Assembly (NCBI GenBank): GCA_045543615.1
Contig: JAZPXL010000007.1
Location: forward strand, 56,465-120,464
Source of the DNA: Eubacteriales bacterium
GTDB taxonomy: Bacteria; Bacillota; Clostridia; Oscillospirales; CAG-272
Direction of reading: 5' to 3'
DNA length: 64,000 nt
Each line of letters starts with the position of its first letter. The stretch's first letter is position 1. Shown here in pieces: positions 38,553-45,827 of this stretch. The notes under the pieces were generated by a model that saw nothing but the letters and a program-made list of their open reading frames with translations, was not told the DNA's origin and did no database searches. The position numbers and the translations under genes are program-made.

Positions 38553-38564
38553 AGGGTTACATCT

Positions 38565-38624
38565 TAGGGCGGGAGCAAGCCCCTGCCCTACAAAAATAAG
38601 GGGTATGGGCTTTGCCCTACACCT
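38565..38624. repeat. Two further degenerate palindromes ending in CCCTAC
   Basis: TAGGGCGGGAG-CAAG-CCCCTGCCCTA (9/11 bp), and GTATGGGC-TT-TGCCCTAC sharing the GTAGGG/CCCTAC termini. Confidence 0.5.
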
Positions 38625-38697
38625 GTAATACAAAGGCGAAAATGGCGCGATAAAACCTGTTTGTTGATGGTAATTTTATAGTAAAGGAGAATCTATT

Positions 38698-39048
38698 GTG
38701 TATTTAGGATTTTTAATTATTGCTTTGATATTCTTTTTCACTATCAAAGGCATTATACAAAGCATTAAATCAAAAAGAACGTTTGATTTGTTAGTATGGT
38801 TGCTGTTTATCCCATTCCAATTTTTCTTCTTTATAACCCTTTTATTTGGGGGAAGCGCATTCAATGATGCAGAAACTGAGTATGAATTATATCAAGCGGG
38901 TCATTATTATTTAGAATCCCACGGACAATGGACAGAGGTTTCGCATGGAAAGTACGTTGTCGCTTTTGTTTCCGAAATTGTGGGGATTTCAACCTTTATA
39001 ATTGCTTTTGTTATGAATTTGATTCGCGTCTTATCAAAAAAAGAATAA
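38698..39048 (+). CDS. Small (116 aa) three-TM membrane protein, AT-rich gene, unknown function
   Basis: GTG start 7 nt after AAAGGAGA. Three hydrophobic segments. Composition is visibly more AT-rich than neighbours (by eye). Confidence 0.45.
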   Translation: MYLGFLIIALIFFFTIKGIIQSIKSKRTFDLLVWLLFIPFQFFFFITLLFGGSAFNDAETEYELYQAGHYYLESHGQWTEVSHGKYVVAFVSEIVGISTFIIAFVMNLIRVLSKKE

Positions 39049-39049
39049 T

Positions 39050-39082
39050 ATAAACGCCGACAAAGAATCTGTCGGCGTTTAT
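39050..39082. terminator. Bidirectional rho-independent terminator
   Basis: ataaacgccgaca-aagaatc-tgtcggcgtttat is a perfect 13-bp stem. Confidence 0.8.
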
Positions 39083-39110
39083 ATTTGTTTACAGCAAAGC
39101 AAATACAATC

Positions 39111-39152
39111 AAACTTCCTTATGAGAACCACCCATTTGCGTTTCCTTTTTTT
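39111..39152 (-). repeat. Right arm of the ~40-nt imperfect inverted repeat
   Basis: AAACTTCCTTATGAGA...GCGTTTCCTTTTTTT is the reverse complement of the 38392-38430 blocks. Confidence 0.75.
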
Positions 39153-39153
39153 A

Positions 39154-39843
39154 TTAAAGAGTACTTATTTCTGTAACAGTTAAAACGCCTGAAGAAACCT
39201 TGAAAGAAATCTTATAGTGGGAAAACTCAAAGGTGTAAATTCTGCCGGGATCACTTTGATATCCGGGGCGTGGGTCTTGCTCAAGAATTTTTGTTATTGT
39301 ATTTATTTCGGACTCTGGAATTTCGCTCATAACTCCGTCAGTAAATACAACTTGCATAGATGCTTTGTCGGGCGCAAGAGCAAATCCACCACTTGCCTCT
39401 GCGTGAGAGTCTGTGTACGGCAGATAGGGCTTGATATCATATATCGGAGTGTTATCAAGCAAATCTGCACCACAAACAGTAAGTATAGGACCTCTTGGTG
39501 TATCAAGCTCGTAACCAATGAGTCGAACCGATGAGAGCCCGATGGGGTTTGGCCTGAAAGGTGACCGAGTGGCAAAAACGCCGACACGTTTGTTTCCACC
39601 GAGCTTGGGTGGTCTTACCGTAGGCGTCCATTCATCACGGACGGACTCGGAAAACTCCCACAGAAGCCAAAGATGAGAAAACTCCTCAATTCCTCTAAGC
39701 GCATCGGGATTTCGGTATTCAGGTTCAAAAACAATAGCTCCGACGATCGATTCAATTATACCACTTTGCCTTGGAATTCCAAACTTTGATTTGAAATCAC
39801 AGTGCAAGCGAGCTATTCGTTTCAGCTTTATTCCGTCGCTCAT
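39154..39843 (-). CDS. trmO: tRNA (t6A37-N6)-methyltransferase TrmO (TsaA/YaeB family)
   Basis: FGIPRQSG, RPNPIGLS and KPYLPY motifs, 229 aa. Overlaps radA by 4 nt. Confidence 0.78.
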   Translation of the reverse strand: MSDGIKLKRIARLHCDFKSKFGIPRQSGIIESIVGAIVFEPEYRNPDALRGIEEFSHLWLLWEFSESVRDEWTPTVRPPKLGGNKRVGVFATRSPFRPNPIGLSSVRLIGYELDTPRGPILTVCGADLLDNTPIYDIKPYLPYTDSHAEASGGFALAPDKASMQVVFTDGVMSEIPESEINTITKILEQDPRPGYQSDPGRIYTFEFSHYKISFKVSSGVLTVTEISTL

Positions 39844-41243
39844 TCAATCTCGCTCCCTTGCTTTTTGCTATCGGAGAGGAATGATAGTATCTCATAAACA
39901 CTCTTGATGGGTATGAGGCGAATTTTACAGTCTATGGGGCGTTTTTCGATATTTCGGTAGGGAACGATGACTCTGGAAAAACCGAGCCTCTCGGCTTCTT
40001 TTACGCGAGTCTCAAGATTAGAGACAGCTCTGCATTCTCCTGCAAGACCAATCTCACCGATAGCAAGAATATCCTCAGGGATTATCTTGTCCGTAATTGA
40101 TGAAATCAGAGCAAGTGCAGCTGATACATCGGATGCAGGTTCATCAAGTCTCATGCCACCAATGACGTTCATATAAATATCGTTTGCAGAGAATTTAAGA
40201 CCAAGTCTCTTTTCAAGAACTGCGAGAATAAGACAAATTCGGTTGTAGTCCATGCCGTTAATTGTACGCCTTGGAGATGGGAAACTTGTTGGTGAAACGA
40301 GTGCTTGTACCTCAGCGATCAGAGGACGAGTTCCCTCAACTGTGCAAACTGCGCAGTTACCGGAAACCTTTTTCGGTCTTCCTGCAAGGAGAACCTCGGA
40401 GGGATTGGGGACTTCGCAAAGTCCTCTGTCAGTCATCTCGAATACTCCGATTTCATTGGTCGAACCGTAACGGTTCTTAACAGCACGAATAATTCTGTAT
40501 GCCTGCTGATGCTCGCCCTCAAAGCAGAGAACTGCATCCACCATATGTTCAAGCAACTTAGGACCTGCAATAGAGCCCTCCTTGTTCACGTGACCAACGA
40601 GAATTACAGAAATTCCTTCGTTCTTTGCTTTTGCAATGAACGAGAGTGCTGTCTCCCTGACTTGCGAAACGCTTCCGGGGGAGGAAGCTGCAGTTGGCGA
40701 GTACATAGTTTGTATTGAGTCAACAATGAGAACGTCCGGAGAGATACTGTCGCATTCTTTTAAAATCTTGTCAATATTGGTTTCAGTCATAACAAGAAGT
40801 CCTGCGCTCCTAACTCCAAGCCTCGTTGCACGAAGCTTCAGCTGTCCACCGGATTCCTCTCCTGAAATATATAGAACCTTTCTGTTGTCTCCGAGAATGC
40901 CACTTATTTGCATTAAAAGTGTGGATTTCCCAATTCCGGGCTCGCCTGTAAGCAAAACAACAGAGCCTTTTACAAGTCCACCACCAAGAACACGGTCAAG
41001 TTCGCCCAGTCCCGTTAGTGAACGGATGCAACTGTCAGCCTGAAGCTCAGTAATCGGAACAACACCGCTGTCTCCGCCAACGCTGAACTGATGCTTGTTT
41101 TCTGCACCCTTTACAGCAGGAGAGGTATCAACAACATCCTCAACAAAAGAGTTCCAAGCTCCGCATTTTGGGCATTTGCCCATCCACTTGGGACTTTCGT
41201 ATTCGCAGGATGAGCATATATAAATTGTTTTCAAGCCTTTCAT
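39840..41243 (-). CDS. radA: DNA repair protein RadA/Sms
   Basis: N-terminal CxxC...CxxC zinc finger, Walker A GEPGIGKST, KNRYG motif, Lon-like C-terminal domain. Confidence 0.93.
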   Translation of the reverse strand: MKGLKTIYICSSCEYESPKWMGKCPKCGAWNSFVEDVVDTSPAVKGAENKHQFSVGGDSGVVPITELQADSCIRSLTGLGELDRVLGGGLVKGSVVLLTGEPGIGKSTLLMQISGILGDNRKVLYISGEESGGQLKLRATRLGVRSAGLLVMTETNIDKILKECDSISPDVLIVDSIQTMYSPTAASSPGSVSQVRETALSFIAKAKNEGISVILVGHVNKEGSIAGPKLLEHMVDAVLCFEGEHQQAYRIIRAVKNRYGSTNEIGVFEMTDRGLCEVPNPSEVLLAGRPKKVSGNCAVCTVEGTRPLIAEVQALVSPTSFPSPRRTINGMDYNRICLILAVLEKRLGLKFSANDIYMNVIGGMRLDEPASDVSAALALISSITDKIIPEDILAIGEIGLAGECRAVSNLETRVKEAERLGFSRVIVPYRNIEKRPIDCKIRLIPIKSVYEILSFLSDSKKQGSEIE

Positions 41244-41253
41244 TTTTGAGTCC

Positions 41254-41805
41254 TCAAACAGATTTACTGAAGATTATGTTTCCATCAAGATCCTTGAGGG
41301 TGAATACACCTCCCTCAAAAATCATATATGAGTGTTTAGAATTATCCTTTGGAATTGAGACAGAGCCCGGATTGATAATATATACTCCTTGCACACAATC
41401 AAATGTCGGAATGTGCGTGTGGCCGTGAAGAAGAACATCGCCCTTCTTGATGGATGGAAGACTATCACGGTTATAGTGATGACCGTGAGTTGCAAAAATA
41501 ATATTGCCGCGCATTGTTTCGTCAGCAATTAATGCATATTCCGCAAGAACGGGGAAAGGGAGCACCATATCATCAACCTCTCCGTCGCAGTTGCCCCTAA
41601 CGGACAGTATGAGATCGGAAAATGGAGAAAGAAGAGATATAACCGTCTTTGGAGAATAATCAAGAGGGAGGTCATTTCGAGGCCCGTGATAGAGAATATC
41701 GCCAAGCAAAAGCATTCTGTCAGCGTTCTCACGAACAAAGGCATCAAGCATAAGCTTCGCATAGTATGCAGATCCGTGTATATCGGAAGCAATAAACCAC
41801 TTCAT
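41254..41805 (-). CDS. YfcE-like metallophosphoesterase (MJ0936 family phosphodiesterase)
   Basis: DIHGS, GDILYHGPRN, GNCD and GHTH motifs, 183 aa. Confidence 0.8.
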   Translation of the reverse strand: MKWFIASDIHGSAYYAKLMLDAFVRENADRMLLLGDILYHGPRNDLPLDYSPKTVISLLSPFSDLILSVRGNCDGEVDDMVLPFPVLAEYALIADETMRGNIIFATHGHHYNRDSLPSIKKGDVLLHGHTHIPTFDCVQGVYIINPGSVSIPKDNSKHSYMIFEGGVFTLKDLDGNIIFSKSV

Positions 41806-41833
41806 TTTAATAGTCCTTATATAGTTTTTTTAT

Positions 41834-41862
41834 ATTATACTATATTTTTTATTACAATTCAA
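41834..41862 (-). promoter_or_regulatory. Promoter TTGAAT-17-TATAAT for the yfcE-like/radA/trmO operon
   Basis: Minus-strand hexamers at 41857-41862 and 41834-41839. Confidence 0.6.
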
Positions 41863-41879
41863 CGGTTTTGGAAAAATCT

Positions 41880-42623
41880 TTAGTCGAGTGCGCTATCAAT
41901 GGCAGAAAAAATGAGAAGAGAGAGCTTTTGCCTGTATAATTCATCACACAAAAGAGCACACTCCTCGGGATTTGAGAGAAATCCACATTCAATAAGTATA
42001 GATGGATAATCTGCACGGTCAAGCAGAAAGATTTTTGAGTCTGCGGCCTTTATTTCTCTGTTGTTTTGTGTCTGAAGCTTTTCCCTTATAACATCCCTAA
42101 CAGACTCGGCAACACCAAGGGAGATAGGGCAAGACTTCGAGTAATAAACAGTAAGCCCGCTATATTTACTTACGGAAAAAGAATTCATATGAATGCTGAC
42201 AAACAAATCACACCCCGAAGCCTTTCCAATATCAAGTCTGGCTTTGAGATCCAAAACCTTCTTTCTTCCCTCAAAATCAGTGCTCCTGTCGTATAGAAGT
42301 ATATCTTCGGTTCTTGTTTCGATCACGTTGTATCCTGCTGTTTTGAAAAGCTCAGAGAGTTTTTTTGAAATACTGAGGTTAATGTCTTTTTCAAGAACGC
42401 CACCTATTCCAACAGTTCCGGGGTCTTCACCTCCGTGACCTGCGTCTATAACAATGGTCTTGCTCTCGTTGTCTTTAGCTGAGGTAGCCTGTGTGTTTCT
42501 GTGATTGCGCAGAGAAGAAGAGAGAAGAAAGCTTGTGGCGAGAGAAAAAGAAATAAAAATCATCGCAAACAAAAAGAAAGCGATGAGCGTGCGGTAATCA
42601 GTTTTTGCTTTGAGTGGTTTCAA
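41880..42623 (-). CDS. cwlD: N-acetylmuramoyl-L-alanine amidase (Amidase_3), CwlD-like germination-specific
   Basis: TTG start 4 nt after AAGGAGGTG. One TM, then VIDAGHGGEDPGTVG. About 247 aa, as for CwlD. The longer ORF call would run through the acpP terminator. Confidence 0.65.
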   Translation of the reverse strand: MKPLKAKTDYRTLIAFFLFAMIFISFSLATSFLLSSSLRNHRNTQATSAKDNESKTIVIDAGHGGEDPGTVGIGGVLEKDINLSISKKLSELFKTAGYNVIETRTEDILLYDRSTDFEGRKKVLDLKARLDIGKASGCDLFVSIHMNSFSVSKYSGLTVYYSKSCPISLGVAESVRDVIREKLQTQNNREIKAADSKIFLLDRADYPSILIECGFLSNPEECALLCDELYRQKLSLLIFSAIDSALD

Positions 42624-42677
42624 TATATCACCTCCTTTAGCAATATACTGATAAAGCTTGTTTTTTATTACATAATA

Positions 42678-42709
42678 AAAACCGAGCGAACTGAACATTC
42701 ACTCGGTTT
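42678..42709 (-). terminator. Rho-independent terminator of the ACP gene
   Basis: Minus strand: AAACCGAG-(15 nt)-CTCGGTTT followed by TTTATTATG. Confidence 0.6.
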
Positions 42710-42718
42710 ATTACGAAA

Positions 42719-42946
42719 TTATTTCTCGAGAGTCTCAAGGAATTTTACAACGTCGCCTACTGTAACGAATTTGTGGATTTCGTCGTCGGGAATTGCAACT
42801 CCGAAGTTGTCCTCACACTGCAGAACAAGCTCTGCAAGCTCGATAGAATTGATACCAAGATCAGCAGAAAGTTCAGCGTCGAGAGTTATCTTGTCTTCTT
42901 CTACCTGGAATTCATCAATCAGTAGTTCTTTAAACTGTTCAAACAT
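42719..42946 (-). CDS. Acyl carrier protein (stand-alone)
   Basis: 75 aa after a GGAGG RBS. Four-helix ACP pattern with the phosphopantetheine Ser in LGINSIELAELV. Confidence 0.8.
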   Translation of the reverse strand: MFEQFKELLIDEFQVEEDKITLDAELSADLGINSIELAELVLQCEDNFGVAIPDDEIHKFVTVGDVVKFLETLEK

Positions 42947-43092
42947 AAATAGCCTCCAAAATTTTTGAGAATGGAAATTCGCTTGTGTTAAACACAAAAT
43001 AATTATACCTTATCAATATTGTTTTGTCAACAACTAAATACAAAAAAGCACCAAAAACAGCTAAAAATGACACAATCTGAGTCTTGTTGTGC

Positions 43093-44442
43093 TTATCTTC
43101 TGTATCTGTTATAGGTTTTTGAAACAGATCCTTTGTAAATAGCACGTCCGATAATATATATTATTGTAATAACCACAGCACTTATTACTGTTGCAATAAA
43201 AAACCTGCTTTGTGTAAATTCTTTGATATTTTCGAGCGCAACCAAAATGTCACTTTGGTTTACAGAGGTCTTCGTTACAAGAGAAACTGTGGCAATCTCA
43301 CGAGTTCCATCGTAAACCGTTAGAAATCCAACTACCTCACCCTCGCTCACAGGAGCTTTGAGCTCCTCTTCCGTTATTTTTGTGGTATAGGTTATGTCCT
43401 CGCCCACAATAGTTGAAAGTGGCAGATATGCTCTTAGTGACATCTCAGGTACAACAAGAACAGTTTCAGAGTCAATGGACATTTTTACGGGCAGCTCACA
43501 TATTATCTGATCGGATGAGAGAATATCAATATATCCATAGCTTTGGTAAGCCGTATTGATTAGCTTGTTTGCCGTATTGTAGCAAAGTGCCTCATCTGCA
43601 ATTTTTGCTCCTGCCGCAATACCCATAGCCCCCATAACAATGCAGAGATAAGAGATCTCGCCGTTGTCTGCTATCGTTGCAACACAAGCACCATCTGTGT
43701 TTGTGTAACCGGCGCAAAGGCCACGGCAGAGCGAGTTGTGGTATTCTGCGTATTCGTTACTGACAAGCCTGTTTCTGTTGTAAAAATCGTCATTCTTTGC
43801 CATACCCTCGGTTACATAGTCAGGTGAACAAACTATCTGCATCAGCAAGCTGTTTTCATTGGCAGCAAGCGATAGCTTTGCAATATCCTCAACCGTTGTA
43901 TACATCAAAGGATCGGTAAGACCTGACGGGTCTGTATAGAAGGTGTTTTTCATACCAAGCTCTGCAGCCTTCTTGTTCATAAGCACAACAAAGCTCGAAA
44001 CGCCACCGCTGATACGGTAGCAGAGAATATTTATAGCATCTTGATAACCTACGCAAAACGCCATATAGAGCAAGTCTCGAACCGAGGCGGTTGAGCCTGC
44101 CTTGAGTCCGTAATGAAATCCTACGATGTTTTCAACCATATTGGCAGTAACCGTAACCACCTCATCCAAATCGTCTTTGAGCATTTCGGTTGCAACAAGC
44201 CCCGCCATAAGCTTTGCAGTTGCTACGGGAGCGATCTTCTGTGTTGCGTTCTTCTCGATGAGGACGGTGTCATTCTCGATATTGTATAGGTAAACTGATG
44301 TAATATTGTTTGTGTTAATATCTGCAAATGGTGATGCGCTTGATGGTAAAACCAAAACAGATAGCGATACTATATATGATAGCAAAACCGCCACTGCAAA
44401 AAAAGTTGCACGTAGGCGGTTGTTAACGTTGGTAGATATCAT
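43093..44442 (-). CDS. PBP5/peptidase-S11 homologue with degenerate catalytic motifs (probable pseudo-enzyme), C-terminal TM anchor
   Basis: Aligns by eye to the paralog at 32305-33507, but SVTK->ATAK, SAN->GYQ and KTG->CAG. Confidence 0.75.
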   Translation of the reverse strand: MISTNVNNRLRATFFAVAVLLSYIVSLSVLVLPSSASPFADINTNNITSVYLYNIENDTVLIEKNATQKIAPVATAKLMAGLVATEMLKDDLDEVVTVTANMVENIVGFHYGLKAGSTASVRDLLYMAFCVGYQDAINILCYRISGGVSSFVVLMNKKAAELGMKNTFYTDPSGLTDPLMYTTVEDIAKLSLAANENSLLMQIVCSPDYVTEGMAKNDDFYNRNRLVSNEYAEYHNSLCRGLCAGYTNTDGACVATIADNGEISYLCIVMGAMGIAAGAKIADEALCYNTANKLINTAYQSYGYIDILSSDQIICELPVKMSIDSETVLVVPEMSLRAYLPLSTIVGEDITYTTKITEEELKAPVSEGEVVGFLTVYDGTREIATVSLVTKTSVNQSDILVALENIKEFTQSRFFIATVISAVVITIIYIIGRAIYKGSVSKTYNRYRR

Positions 44443-44467
44443 AACTCAACCCTGCTTAAAATTATAA

Positions 44468-45349
44468 TCATAAATCAAAATAAGAACGTGCGAATGCCGT
44501 ATCAAGTGATATTCTGTCCTTAAGTTCATCAGGCGATGAAAAACGCTGCTCATCTCGTATGCGTGCTAAAAACTCAACCGTAAGGATTTTTGGTGTTTGT
44601 GAAGGAGTTGAGTCAAGTAGGTGGGTTTCAAGTCGGACAACCCCACTTGTGTCAAGCGTTGGAGCAAGACCAACATCTGTAACAGATGGGTAAACTTCAC
44701 CATTATCAAAGGTAGCACGAGTGACATAAACACCGTGCTTTGGAATCGCAAGAGCACTGTGTGGAACTTGATTGAGCGTAGGGAAACCGAGCTTTCTGCC
44801 GTCGCGCCTACCGGATGTTACGGGTGCTGTTACAGAGTAGCTGTGCCCAAGGAGACGGCTTGCGCCTTCGACATCGCCAAAGAGTATGCAAGACCTGATT
44901 CTGCTTGAGCTGACAGGCTCGCCGTCCAATTCTATGGGTGGGATGACACGGACGTTTTGGCTATCGAAATGCTGTGAAAGCATAGAGACAGAACCGAGCC
45001 TGCCTCTGCCAAAAGAAAAGTTATATCCACAGACAACTCCGACAGCAGAATATTTCTTGATCAAAAATTCAACAATAAAGTCTTCAGCTTCGATATTGCA
45101 AAAATCGGAATAGTCGGCAAAAATTACATTTTTGACTCCAAGGCTCTCAATCAAAGCTTTCTTTTGTGTAGGAGTTGAGAGAAGCTTTATGTCACTATTC
45201 AGACAAGCAGCAGGAGGAGTTGAAAAGCAAAATACGGCAACCTCGGCGCAGAGTTCTTGGCTCAGAGTAACGGCGGCATCTATTACAGCCTTGTGAGCAA
45301 GATGCACACCATCAAAACTGCCTAAAGCGAGAACTCGGCGTGTCATCAT
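44468..45349 (-). CDS. ribF: Bifunctional riboflavin kinase / FMN adenylyltransferase
   Basis: LGSFDGVHLAH nucleotidyltransferase motif plus a C-terminal riboflavin kinase domain (GFPTLN, ...LETHLLD). Confidence 0.9.
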   Translation of the reverse strand: MMTRRVLALGSFDGVHLAHKAVIDAAVTLSQELCAEVAVFCFSTPPAACLNSDIKLLSTPTQKKALIESLGVKNVIFADYSDFCNIEAEDFIVEFLIKKYSAVGVVCGYNFSFGRGRLGSVSMLSQHFDSQNVRVIPPIELDGEPVSSSRIRSCILFGDVEGASRLLGHSYSVTAPVTSGRRDGRKLGFPTLNQVPHSALAIPKHGVYVTRATFDNGEVYPSVTDVGLAPTLDTSGVVRLETHLLDSTPSQTPKILTVEFLARIRDEQRFSSPDELKDRISLDTAFARSYFDL

Positions 45350-45630
45350 TATTTTTCTGCTTTAAAATAATATCTTGTGAATGCTTCAAGAAGCTCGTCA
45401 CGGTCTATCTTGCGAATAAGACCTCTTGCATTTCTGTGGCTTGTAATATAAGTAGGATCCTCAGAAAGAATATAGCCAACGATCTGGCTTACGGGATTAT
45501 ATCCCTTTTCTACAAGTGCTTCGTAAACAACATTTAAAATCTCACGAATAGTCGCATCCTTATCGGCAGTAGAGGGATATGTTCTTGTCTCGCTACCCCT
45601 TGCGCTTGGTGATTGAATCTTTCCAGGCAT
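45349..45630 (-). CDS. ireB: IreB-family regulatory phosphoprotein (UPF0297/YrzL)
   Basis: VYEALVEKGYNPVSQIVGYILSEDPTYITSHRNARGLIRKIDRDELLE closely parallels B. subtilis YrzL as I recall it. Confidence 0.75.
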   Translation of the reverse strand: MPGKIQSPSARGSETRTYPSTADKDATIREILNVVYEALVEKGYNPVSQIVGYILSEDPTYITSHRNARGLIRKIDRDELLEAFTRYYFKAEK

Positions 45631-45768
45631 ATTGTTACCTCCCCTGAAACGTAGATTTAAATATATTATAACCTATTTTTTATTAAATTTCAATAGTTTT
45701 TTCTATTAAGCTTGACTAAAAAGCAAGTGAATTTGATTTTTTTGACTAATAATAAAGAATAATGCGTA

Positions 45769-45797
45769 TTGACTTATTTTGAAATCTATTATATAAT
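45769..45797 (+). promoter_or_regulatory. Promoter TTGACT-17-TATAAT of the TerB/ATPase/helicase operon
   Basis: Hexamers at 45769-45774 and 45792-45797. GGAGG RBS before the ATG at 45828. Confidence 0.65.
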
Positions 45798-45827
45798 AAT
45801 ATAATACAGAAATTTGGAGGTTGCAAA

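Larger units (their letters stand above)
38392..39152. mobile_element. Inverted-repeat-bounded 0.76-kb cassette (possible MITE-like or hairpin-targeted insertion); no transposase
   Basis: The arms start 1-2 nt after each flanking stop codon (the exact-match block 4-8 nt after). The interior has its own promoter, GC-rich palindromes, an AT-rich small ORF and a terminator. Confidence 0.3.

Noticed and set aside
42624-42698. Longer start for the cwlD-like gene (ATG at 42698).
   Set aside because: The extension overlaps the acpP terminator hairpin and has no RBS. The TTG at 42623 is preceded by AAGGAGGTG.
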